IMG/VR virus record: IMGVR_UViG_3300046468_001139
Source of the DNA: a virus
Length of the DNA: 64,000 bases
Reading direction: 5' to 3' (one strand)
Part shown: one piece after another, positions 40,682 to 48,920 of the stretch
How positions within the stretch are numbered: position 1 is the stretch's first letter
Layout of the letters: every line of letters begins with the position of its first letter
The notes under the pieces: generated by a model
Database searches by the model: none
What the model was told of the DNA's origin: nothing
What the model saw: the letters and a program-made list of their open reading frames with translations, nothing else
Program-made: the position numbers and the translations under genes

Positions 40682-40927
40682 ATGATACTACGTGAACTAT
40701 TTTATTTTGATAAAGAAACTTTGGAGCCAGTTGAAAACAACGCTTACGATCCCAAGTCTGATGATTCAATTATGAAAAAAGACGACACACGTAAGACACG
40801 TTTAACATTACGTCAGATAAACAAAATGCGTAAAGCATCTGATTTGCACAAAGAGGAGCAGGACAAGGAATTACATTTCGTAAGACAAATGTATGGACTT
40901 GCCGCGAATGCAGAACAGGCTGTTTAA
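40682..40927 (+). CDS. Small head-cluster protein
   Basis: 81 aa, DTRKTRLTLRQINKMRK...QMYG; follows the portal; TAAATA 5 nt upstream. Confidence 0.6.
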   Translation: MILRELFYFDKETLEPVENNAYDPKSDDSIMKKDDTRKTRLTLRQINKMRKASDLHKEEQDKELHFVRQMYGLAANAEQAV

Positions 40928-40929
40928 AA

Positions 40930-41532
40930 ATGTCAATAGCATTTGTTATTGGTAACGGCACGTCAAGAAAACCTATACCCTTAGAACCACTTAAAGCACA
41001 CGGAACATTATATGCCTGTAACGCTGTTTACAGATCAGGATTAAGACCTGACTATCTTGTTGCTGTAGATACTAAGATGGTTACTGAAATTAACAATTCA
41101 AAGTATCAACACGAAAACAAAGTTTGGACTAATCCAAACAAACTATACGAAAAATTTCATTGCTTTAACTACTTTGCTGATCCTTTAGGTTGGTCAAGTG
41201 GACCTACAGCATTATGGTTAGCATCTTATGGTGCAGATCATCAACACAGCGAAATATACATACTAGGCTTTGACTACGAAGGAATAGAAGGCAAAATTAA
41301 TAATTTGTATGCAAATACAAAAAACTACAAAAGAAGCGAAGAAGTAGCAACATATCATGGCAATTGGAGCAGGCAAACAGGAATAGTAATTCAAAAAAAT
41401 GTTGGAAAGAGATATATACGTGTAGTAGAGAATAAGGATGATTACTGCCCAGACAATTTAAGACCCTTAGGTAACCTATCCCATATTACAGTAGCTGAAT
41501 TCACTGAAAAATTCGTGAATTTACAATCTTAA
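40930..41532 (+). CDS. Maf/DUF115/GT42-like Rossmann-fold enzyme (putative glycosyltransferase)
   Basis: FVIGNGTSR, ACNA, PDYLVAVD, SSGPTA, EIYILGFD motifs. Confidence 0.55.
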   Translation: MSIAFVIGNGTSRKPIPLEPLKAHGTLYACNAVYRSGLRPDYLVAVDTKMVTEINNSKYQHENKVWTNPNKLYEKFHCFNYFADPLGWSSGPTALWLASYGADHQHSEIYILGFDYEGIEGKINNLYANTKNYKRSEEVATYHGNWSRQTGIVIQKNVGKRYIRVVENKDDYCPDNLRPLGNLSHITVAEFTEKFVNLQS

Positions 41533-41634
41533 TGTAAAATCGGCTCGTTTTGACCGGTTTAACCACCCTTTTAATCATTTTCCATAAATACAACTGACAG
41601 CTTATCGTATCTAAACAACAGGAGGAGATAAAAA

Positions 41635-42609
41635 ATGGCTAATCAAAATAAATTTGAAGCAATGCTTGAAAAGCTAATTGCTGAAGACAAAGCGGGAGCA
41701 GAAGAATTGTTCCACGAAATCGTAGTTGAGAAATCACGCGATATCTATGAAAACTTATTAAAAGATGACGTAGAAGAAGTTGAAGTAGACGAAGCAACTG
41801 ATGAAGAAGTAGATGAAACTACTGACGAAGAAGTTGATGAGTCAAGCAACGACGAAGAAACTAACGAAGCAACTGACGAAGAAGTTGACGAAGCTACTGA
41901 CGAAGAAGTAGACGAAGCAACTGATGAAGAAGTAGACGAAGCTTCAGACGAAGAAGTTGACGAAAACTTTGTAGACGAAATTACACCAGAAGCTGAAGAT
42001 GACATGGGTGGCGATGCCGCTGATGACATGATGGCAGATATTGCCGCAGACAGCGAAGAAGGTGACAAAGAAGATGACGAAGACATTGAAGACAGAGTCA
42101 CTGATTTGGAAGATACATTCGATGACCTAAAAGCTGAATTTGACGCTATGATGGCTGATAAAGACGGTGACGAAGACGAAGGCGATGCAGAACCAGAAAT
42201 GGATATGGACGCTGGAGACGACGAAGGTGATGACGATGAGGCAGAAGAAGCTATTGCTCCTGAAGCCGATCTTGAAGTAGCACCAGCATTTGAAGGCAAA
42301 AAAGATGCCAACACTGAAATGCGTGAGTATGTTGAAAAAGTAACAGCTAATATGGGCGACAACGGTGATAACACTAAGTCTCCAGTAGCTGGCGCTAACG
42401 ACATGGGTGGAACTGCTGGAAACATTGCACAAGGTGGCGATGAAAAAGGTGGGAAAGCTGACTCGGCTAAAGAAGATAACGCAGGGAACGTTAACGTACC
42501 AGGCGGAAAAGCTTCAAAGTCAATGAGTGCTAACTCAAAAGGCCACGGCGCTGAGAAAAAAGGCGCAGGCGAAAGTGGAACTGATAGTAAAAGTACTATC
42601 GGATCTTAA
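41635..42609 (+). CDS. Highly acidic prohead core/scaffold protein
   Basis: D/E-rich with (DEATDEEV)n repeats; between portal and protease; TAAATA at 41585-90 and a GGAGG SD. Confidence 0.65.
   Translation: MANQNKFEAMLEKLIAEDKAGAEELFHEIVVEKSRDIYENLLKDDVEEVEVDEATDEEVDETTDEEVDESSNDEETNEATDEEVDEATDEEVDEATDEEVDEASDEEVDENFVDEITPEAEDDMGGDAADDMMADIAADSEEGDKEDDEDIEDRVTDLEDTFDDLKAEFDAMMADKDGDEDEGDAEPEMDMDAGDDEGDDDEAEEAIAPEADLEVAPAFEGKKDANTEMREYVEKVTANMGDNGDNTKSPVAGANDMGGTAGNIAQGGDEKGGKADSAKEDNAGNVNVPGGKASKSMSANSKGHGAEKKGAGESGTDSKSTIGS
41788..41964 (+). repeat. Degenerate 24-nt tandem repeat encoding DEATDEEV
   Basis: About 7 copies of GACGAAGCAACTGATGAAGAAGTA-like units. Confidence 0.8.
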
Positions 42610-42627
42610 TAGTTAAGGAACTTATAG

Positions 42628-43260
42628 GTGTTTAATTTAACTGAGACATTGACATTCGACCAAGCAGGTATGGTTGTCGAGACTACTGAAAACAAGAATG
42701 GAGGCAAAGATCTTTATCTTAAAGGTATTTGTATCCAGGGCGGTGTAAAAAACGCAAACCAGCGAGTTTACCCTGTTACTGAGATAGGTAGAGCTGTCAA
42801 AACTCTCAACGATCAAATCACAGGAGGATATAGTGTTCTTGGAGAAGTTGATCACCCAGAAGGACTTAACATTAACTTAGACCGTGTAAGCCATATGATC
42901 ACAGATATGTGGATGGATGGACCAAACGGTTATGGCAAGTTAAAAGTATTACCGACGCCAATGGGACAACTAGTTCAAACAATGCTGGAAAGCGGAGTTA
43001 AACTAGGTGTTTCATCGCGTGGGTCAGGCAACGTAAGTGAAGACGGTGCCGGCGAAGTAAGTGACTACGAGATTATTACAGTTGATGTTGTAGCACAGCC
43101 AAGTGCTCCGGGTGCATACCCAACCCCAATATATGAGCATTTAATAAACGCCCGTGGGGGGTACAAGGCATTAGAATTAGCAAGAGAAGTCCAAGGCGAC
43201 GCGAAGGCACAAAAATATTTAAAAGAATCTTTGGTGAATATCATCAAGGGTCTAAGGTAA
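42628..43260 (+). CDS. gp21: Prohead protease
   Basis: GICIQG...NANQRVYP, GEVDHP, L.RVSH, GVSSRGSG, DVVAQPSAP.AYP; GTG start. Confidence 0.92.
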   Translation: MFNLTETLTFDQAGMVVETTENKNGGKDLYLKGICIQGGVKNANQRVYPVTEIGRAVKTLNDQITGGYSVLGEVDHPEGLNINLDRVSHMITDMWMDGPNGYGKLKVLPTPMGQLVQTMLESGVKLGVSSRGSGNVSEDGAGEVSDYEIITVDVVAQPSAPGAYPTPIYEHLINARGGYKALELAREVQGDAKAQKYLKESLVNIIKGLR

Positions 43261-43272
43261 TAGGAGACCATA

Positions 43273-44376
43273 ATGTTGGAAGCACTAAAATCACTTTTTG
43301 AAAACAATGTTCTTTCTGAAGAGATTAAAGCTGACATCCAAGAAGCGTGGGACAAACAAGTTAATGAAAATAAACTTGCTGTCACAGCTGAACTTCGCGA
43401 AGAGTTTGCTTCAAAGTATGAGCATGATAAGGCTCAAATGGTAGAAGCAGTTGATGCATTAGTCAACGATAAACTAAGTGAAGAAATTTCCGAATTTGCT
43501 GAAGATAGAAAAGCATTAGCAGAAGCAAGAGCAAAATACGCTGTTGCAATGCGTGAAAACGCAGGTATGCTAAAAGGCTTTGTATTTGATCAGCTTAAGA
43601 AGGAAGTTGGAGAACTACATGAAGATCAGAAAGTTGTATCAGAGAAATTTGGTGCTCTTGAAGAATTTGTAGTAGAAGCTTTGTCAAAAGAAATTGCAGA
43701 GTTCCATCAAGATAAGAAAGACTTAGCAGAAACGAAAGTACGTTTAGTACGTGAAGCTAAAGATCACTTAGCAAAAGTTAAAGCTAACTTTGTTAAGAGA
43801 AGTGCAGAACTAGTAACTGAAACAGTAAGTAAAGGCCTTAAAAAGGAAATTACTGCACTGAAAGAAGATATTGATTCAGCACGTAAAAACGATTTTGGTC
43901 GCAAGATTTTCGAAACATTTGCGGGTGAGTATACTAACTCATACTTAAATGAAAAATCAGAAACATCTAAGCTAATGAAAGTTGTTGAGTTGAAAGACAA
44001 AACAGTTGAAGAAGCTAAAGCAGATGTTGCTGAGAAGTCGAAGATTATTGAATCTAAAGAAGCAGAGATTGCTAAATTAGTTGAAGCGACTAAGAGAAAA
44101 GAAGTAATGCACGAATTAACTGGTCCTTTGAGCAAGGATCAACGTGAGATTATGAATGACTTACTGGAAAGTGTACAAACGGACAAACTGAAAGGTGCGT
44201 TTGACAAGTACATTACTGCCGTTATTGACGGGAAGACTCCGGAAAAGAAGAAGGCGAAATTGACAGAGTCAGAGGCAAAAGAAATCACAGGCAATAGAAA
44301 AACTAACGTTAGTAGTGTAAGCGTCGAATCAACAAATAATATTGTTGACATTAGACGACTTGCAGGATTGAAATAA
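43273..44376 (+). CDS. gp22: Prohead scaffolding protein
   Basis: Coiled-coil, E/K-rich; between protease and capsid gene. Confidence 0.75.
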   Translation: MLEALKSLFENNVLSEEIKADIQEAWDKQVNENKLAVTAELREEFASKYEHDKAQMVEAVDALVNDKLSEEISEFAEDRKALAEARAKYAVAMRENAGMLKGFVFDQLKKEVGELHEDQKVVSEKFGALEEFVVEALSKEIAEFHQDKKDLAETKVRLVREAKDHLAKVKANFVKRSAELVTETVSKGLKKEITALKEDIDSARKNDFGRKIFETFAGEYTNSYLNEKSETSKLMKVVELKDKTVEEAKADVAEKSKIIESKEAEIAKLVEATKRKEVMHELTGPLSKDQREIMNDLLESVQTDKLKGAFDKYITAVIDGKTPEKKKAKLTESEAKEITGNRKTNVSSVSVESTNNIVDIRRLAGLK

Positions 44377-44386
44377 GGAGAAAATA

Positions 44387-45553
44387 ATGTCAGAACTACT
44401 AGAAAGTCGCTGGCAGGATACCAAAGTTGCACTTTTAGAAGGCCTTCAAGGCAATAAGAAAGCAACAATGGCAAGCACTCTTGAAAACACACGCAAGTGG
44501 TTGAATGAGACTGCTACAGCTGGTTCTACAAGCGCCGGTAATGTTGCAACTCTAAATAGAGTTATCCTACCAGTAATCAGACGTGTCATGCCAACTGTAA
44601 TCGCCAACGAATTAGTCGGTGTACAGCCTATGACAGGTCCAGTGGGTCAAATCCACACATTAAGAGTACGTTACTCAGATTCATCTGATGGTAACGAAGT
44701 AGGTGAAGAAGCACTTTCACCATTTAAGATCGCATCAGCTTACTCAGGTAACGCTACAGATGCAACACCAAAAGGATCTGCAACAGCGGCTCTTGAAGGT
44801 GCGGCTGGTAAGAGATTATCAATCCAGATCTTAAAGCAAACTGTCGAAGCAAAAACCAGAAAGCTATCAGCTAGATGGACTTTTGAAGCGGCTCAAGATG
44901 CTCAAGCACAGCAAGGTATCGATATTGAAGCAGAAATTATGGCGGCATTAGCCCAAGAAATTACTGCTGAGATTGATCAAGAAGTATTAGCTTCTTTACG
45001 TGCTTTAGCAGGATCTACAAACCAACAAGCATACGACCAGACTGCTGTAAGTGGTACTGCAACATTCGTAGGTGACGAACATGCGGCATTAGCTGTAATG
45101 ATCAACCGTGTTGCAAACACTATCGCTCAGCGTACTAGACGTGGTGCTGGTAACTACGCAGTGGTATCGCCACATGCATTAACTGTACTTCAGTCAGCAA
45201 CAACTTCAGCGTTCGCAAGAACAACTGAAGGTTCTTTCGAAGCTCCAACTAACACTAAAATGGTTGGTACTTTGAATAGTGCTATGAAAGTATATGTTGA
45301 TTCATATGCGGCTGATAACACAGCAGTACTAGTTGGTTACAAAGGATCTTCAGAGTCAGACGCACCAGCGTTTTACTGCCCATACATTCCATTAATGAGC
45401 AGTGGCGTAGTGTTAGACCCTGATAGCTTTGAGCCAGTAGTAAGCTTCATGACTAGATACGGATATGTTGAGTTATCAAACACAGCATCGTCTCTAGGTA
45501 ACGCGGCGGACTACTTAGGTACAGTTACTATCGCAGGTGTAACATTCTCTTAA
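44387..45553 (+). CDS. gp23: Major capsid protein
   Basis: LPVIRRVMP..IA.ELVGVQPMTGPVGQI, VEAKTRKLSARWT.EAAQD, EI.AEIDQE, FYCPYIPL, FMTRYG. Confidence 0.95.
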   Translation: MSELLESRWQDTKVALLEGLQGNKKATMASTLENTRKWLNETATAGSTSAGNVATLNRVILPVIRRVMPTVIANELVGVQPMTGPVGQIHTLRVRYSDSSDGNEVGEEALSPFKIASAYSGNATDATPKGSATAALEGAAGKRLSIQILKQTVEAKTRKLSARWTFEAAQDAQAQQGIDIEAEIMAALAQEITAEIDQEVLASLRALAGSTNQQAYDQTAVSGTATFVGDEHAALAVMINRVANTIAQRTRRGAGNYAVVSPHALTVLQSATTSAFARTTEGSFEAPTNTKMVGTLNSAMKVYVDSYAADNTAVLVGYKGSSESDAPAFYCPYIPLMSSGVVLDPDSFEPVVSFMTRYGYVELSNTASSLGNAADYLGTVTIAGVTFS

Positions 45554-45579
45554 GACATAGTCTTAAATAGAAGTACTAG

Positions 45580-45612
45580 AAAGGGCGGACTTAATTGTTC
45601 GCCCTTTTTTTA
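45580..45612 (+). terminator. Rho-independent terminator after the capsid gene
   Basis: AAAGGGCGGAC-TTAATT-GTTCGCCCTTT followed by a T-run. Confidence 0.85.
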
Positions 45613-45653
45613 TGACTAAAATTCCATTTTATATATTTTGGTAAACAAAGTGA

Positions 45654-45682
45654 TTGCTCTTTGTTAATAACAATGTTATATT
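45654..45682 (+). promoter_or_regulatory. Sigma70-type promoter with extended -10, driving a non-coding element
   Basis: TTGCTC (45654-59), 17 nt, TATATT (45677-82) preceded by TG. Confidence 0.55.
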
Positions 45683-45688
45683 ATTAAT

Positions 45689-45902
45689 ATAGCAACAAAA
45701 GAGTAATTAGCTTTTGTTTATAGTGCAAGGAAGAGGCCTTTACCAGAAGGGTCGAACTTGACTAGCCAGGGGTGGTACCCAGGTGCTGTAGTAGAAATAC
45801 GCAGTATCACATCGCAGTCACTAGCGGGGTTAGGTTGTACGTATTAGAATGGTATTCGGGTACGTGCTTGTAGGTGTAACCAAGTCCTACCTATTTTGCT
45901 AT
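45689..45902 (+). ncRNA. Putative ~214-nt structured RNA of unknown family
   Basis: Terminal helix ATAGCAA/TTGCTAT starting at the predicted +1; internal helices with G-U pairs and a GAAA tetraloop; GC-richer than flanks; no ORF. Confidence 0.65.
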
Positions 45903-45990
45903 ACTTAAATTTAGACTCGCAAAAAGACCTATTATAAGCACCTTTTTCGCCGACCGGCTAAATACATATAACAACTTCTAAACAATGACA

Positions 45991-46013
45991 AACTGCTTTA
46001 TGCAGTTTTTTTT
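45991..46013 (+). terminator. Terminator-like hairpin
   Basis: AACTGC-TTTAT-GCAGTT followed by a T-run. Confidence 0.5.
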
Positions 46014-46041
46014 GTGACTAAACGTTCTGCTAAATATTAGT

Positions 46042-46449
46042 ATGAAGGACGAGTACACAACAGTCTTTTACGACCTTGTCCAAGAGACACAGTCCACTAC
46101 AGGATACGAACTTCCAGTAGAAGTTGAAGCATATGTAGTAATGCTTCTTGCATCCAAAATAGATAAACCAAATATTATTCCCGTTGAAAGTTTTGCACAA
46201 TCTTACCTTGCACTAAAACAACCTTATAGATTAACAGCTAAAGAATTAGGTGACACATGCCTGTTTGTAACAAGCGTATTCCCCTCTTACGGACGTCGAT
46301 ACGGTTTAGACAAGCATTACTATAGCAACATAGGAAAGAACAGCTACAGCCTAGTTAAAACAAGTTTAAACGGCCAACTGTTCGAAGTACTAGAAACACA
46401 ATTTGATTTTGTAAGAGATTTCATTTCATTAACAGTACGAATTGATTAA
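46042..46449 (+). CDS. Hypothetical protein
   Basis: 135 aa, YVVMLLA...KELGDTCLFVTSVFP; TAAATA 5 nt upstream. Confidence 0.6.
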   Translation: MKDEYTTVFYDLVQETQSTTGYELPVEVEAYVVMLLASKIDKPNIIPVESFAQSYLALKQPYRLTAKELGDTCLFVTSVFPSYGRRYGLDKHYYSNIGKNSYSLVKTSLNGQLFEVLETQFDFVRDFISLTVRID

Positions 46450-46558
46450 ACAGATAAATACTTGTGTCAAATAGTGTGCCGCAAGGCGGACTTATGCAGA
46501 ATACCAACTGCGTAGCTCATAGAACGGGCATTGGACTACTTTTTATAGGAGAAAACAA

Positions 46559-47020
46559 ATGGGAAGACCAATTAATAAAAGATATTTCGGAGTAGAGGGT
46601 GTAGGCCCAACTGCTGGCGGAACAGAGATCAAAGTAAACTTTCATAATGGCACAGCCGTTAAAGAAGGTTATATTGTTAAACAACTAGGTTCAAAAAAAT
46701 TCCGTGTTGAAGAAATTGAAACAGCAGGAACTTTTGATTGTACACTAACAACTGGCGTATTACCAGCGGCTTTAACAGCTGGCCAAATGTCAATTTCAGT
46801 ACAAGGTGCAGACTCAGAAACTTATGGCGTAAGTAAAATTACAAACCGTATGGTTAAAGTAGCTCAGCCAAGTGCAACTGGATCTAACGCACTAGACGGC
46901 GAAAGCCTTAAGTGGGCGTTAACTGGTGCCGCGGCATCTGGTACAGTTAGAATGGAAGAAGCTGGTGATGATAACACATTAACTGGTACAGACGACGACG
47001 ATCTAACAGAAGACGCATAA
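46559..47020 (+). CDS. Virion structural protein (possible capsid decoration)
   Basis: Own late promoter (46455-60), strong AGGAG SD and terminator; MGRPINKRYFG start; close to the capsid gene. Confidence 0.5.
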   Translation: MGRPINKRYFGVEGVGPTAGGTEIKVNFHNGTAVKEGYIVKQLGSKKFRVEEIETAGTFDCTLTTGVLPAALTAGQMSISVQGADSETYGVSKITNRMVKVAQPSATGSNALDGESLKWALTGAAASGTVRMEEAGDDNTLTGTDDDDLTEDA

Positions 47021-47029
47021 TATATTAAT

Positions 47030-47060
47030 AGTGTAGGGGAGCAATCCCCTACATTGTTTG
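47030..47060 (+). terminator. Terminator-like hairpin
   Basis: TGTAGGGGA-GCAA-TCCCCTACA followed by TTGTTT. Confidence 0.7.
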
Positions 47061-47075
47061 CTTAGGAATTTATAA

Positions 47076-48044
47076 ATGAGACAATTAGTAACAGATGGTG
47101 ATTATACGTTAAAGGTAGCAAGTGGTGGAACGCTTACTATTGATACCGGTAACCAAATTGGACAACTATACCTAACAGGTAATTTAGTTGTTAATGGTAC
47201 ACAAACAAATGTTACCAGTGCTGATTTAAATATTGACGATAATATTATTGTTCTCAATGCTGGCGAAACAGGAGCAGGTGTTACACTTAATCAATCTGGT
47301 TTTAGAGTTGAAAGAGGTAGCTTACCTGACACACAGTTTTTATTCGACGAAAGTATTTCGTGGAATGATCCAGTAACACAAACAATTAAGACAGGTGCAT
47401 TTACACTAATAGATGAGTCCGGTGGAAACGTTGGACTAAACGTTAGAAGTATTGCAACAGGTGGCGGAGATTTATTTTTAATCAATGCAGGTACAGGTGT
47501 TGTTAGTGTTAGTGGTACAAATAATTACGAAGACCAAGTTACAGACGACGATGACATTCCAAACAAAGCGTATGTTGACGGCGCTGTTGCAACACAGGTT
47601 GCCGCGGCAAACTTTAAAAGACTAAGAACAGGTAGTGCTAGTCTTACAGAGATTGTTGTTTCAGACTTTGAAGACAATGGTTTAGCAAGTAACTTTAGTA
47701 TTACAGTTGACGGTGTTAACAATGTTACATACTTCAACAATAGAACAGAATTACACGATTTAAGAATTACCGGTTCAATGATTGAAACTACAGTAAGTAG
47801 TGCAGATCTTGTTTTATCAGCACCTGGCACAGGTTCAGTTGTTGTAGACGACCAACTACAGATACTATCAACACCTAGTTCAGATGATGCAAGTGTTGAT
47901 CCTTCAGCACCAACAGATGGAGCAAAACTTTATGTTAAGGCTCCAGGAGTAGGCAAAACAGGAATATATTATGTAAATAGTAGTAATGTAAATGATGAAT
48001 TAGTAAGTAAAAATAGATCATTACTTTTGAGTATGATTTTTTAA
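47076..48044 (+). CDS. Virion fibre/appendage protein
   Basis: GNLVVNGTQT.V....L.I.DNII.LN fibre-type motif; beta-rich. Confidence 0.55.
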   Translation: MRQLVTDGDYTLKVASGGTLTIDTGNQIGQLYLTGNLVVNGTQTNVTSADLNIDDNIIVLNAGETGAGVTLNQSGFRVERGSLPDTQFLFDESISWNDPVTQTIKTGAFTLIDESGGNVGLNVRSIATGGGDLFLINAGTGVVSVSGTNNYEDQVTDDDDIPNKAYVDGAVATQVAAANFKRLRTGSASLTEIVVSDFEDNGLASNFSITVDGVNNVTYFNNRTELHDLRITGSMIETTVSSADLVLSAPGTGSVVVDDQLQILSTPSSDDASVDPSAPTDGAKLYVKAPGVGKTGIYYVNSSNVNDELVSKNRSLLLSMIF

Positions 48045-48053
48045 GGAAGCAAA

Positions 48054-48386
48054 ATGGCAATAGCACAAGCAACAATAGGCGCAACAGATACAGTAGTACT
48101 AACAGTACCAGCAAACAAATCATATGCTATTACAACTATTATGGTATGTAATACAGCGGCATACGATGCGGCAGGTACTAATGATACTTCTTTTGATTTG
48201 CACTTTGTACAGCAATCACAACCTAAGAGTAATACTAATATGGTTGTTAAAGAGATGCCTGTACCAGGTGGAGAAACTTTTACATTTGATAGTGAAAAAG
48301 TTATCTTATCAGCAGGAGATTCAGTTACACTACTAAGTCAAGCACCGTTGAATTTAAGTGTAACAGTTAGTTATTTGGAAGTTTAA
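48054..48386 (+). CDS. Small virion protein, paralogue of 52008..52337
   Basis: LTVPA...ITTI.VCN...EK..L..GD...V..SY.E pattern shared with 52008. Confidence 0.55.
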   Translation: MAIAQATIGATDTVVLTVPANKSYAITTIMVCNTAAYDAAGTNDTSFDLHFVQQSQPKSNTNMVVKEMPVPGGETFTFDSEKVILSAGDSVTLLSQAPLNLSVTVSYLEV

Positions 48387-48387
48387 T

Positions 48388-48891
48388 ATGCGTTTTTTAA
48401 AAGCACAAAGTACAAATGCTAGAGGCATCTACGGTAACAAAGATATTCGTAGAGATATTAATGGCCTAGTTACATTAGACAGTACTAACGCTGTAATGGT
48501 ACCAATTGGTACAACTGCACAGCAACCAGGCAATCCGACCAACGGAATGATGCGTTACAATACTACAACTAACGTATTTGAAAATTATGAAAACAGTTCA
48601 TGGGCACCTGTAAGAAGATTTGCTCCAGCAAACATTGTTGTACAAGCCGCAGGTAACGGCGATGATGTAGAAACAAAGTTTGGTCCATTAAATAACGGTG
48701 ACAGTTATAACCCGGCACCAGCGGCCGCACAAAACATACTTGTAATGGTAGAAAACGTTTTACAAATACCTACAACTAACTATGTACTAGAACAAAATCC
48801 AAGTGGCTATGCCGCAGGATGGTATGTAGTATTTGGAACCGCAGTACCAACAGGAAAACCTGTAACAATCTTCCACAACTTCGACAAGTAA
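48388..48891 (+). CDS. Virion fibre/adaptor protein
   Basis: VPIGTTAQQP...GMMRYNTTT..FENY motif shared with 48921 and 50521. Confidence 0.55.
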   Translation: MRFLKAQSTNARGIYGNKDIRRDINGLVTLDSTNAVMVPIGTTAQQPGNPTNGMMRYNTTTNVFENYENSSWAPVRRFAPANIVVQAAGNGDDVETKFGPLNNGDSYNPAPAAAQNILVMVENVLQIPTTNYVLEQNPSGYAAGWYVVFGTAVPTGKPVTIFHNFDK

Positions 48892-48920
48892 ATCCTATAA
48901 ATATAGTATAGGAGGGCATA

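Noticed and set aside
41788-41964. Tandem repeats as a possible CRISPR array
   Set aside because: They are in-frame coding repeats with no unique spacers, and there are no cas genes.
45689-45902. tRNA, tmRNA, RNase P or 6S identity for the ncRNA
   Set aside because: No cloverleaf, T-loop or CCA end, no RNase P GAGGAAAGUCC core, and the fold is multi-branched rather than a 6S-like rod.
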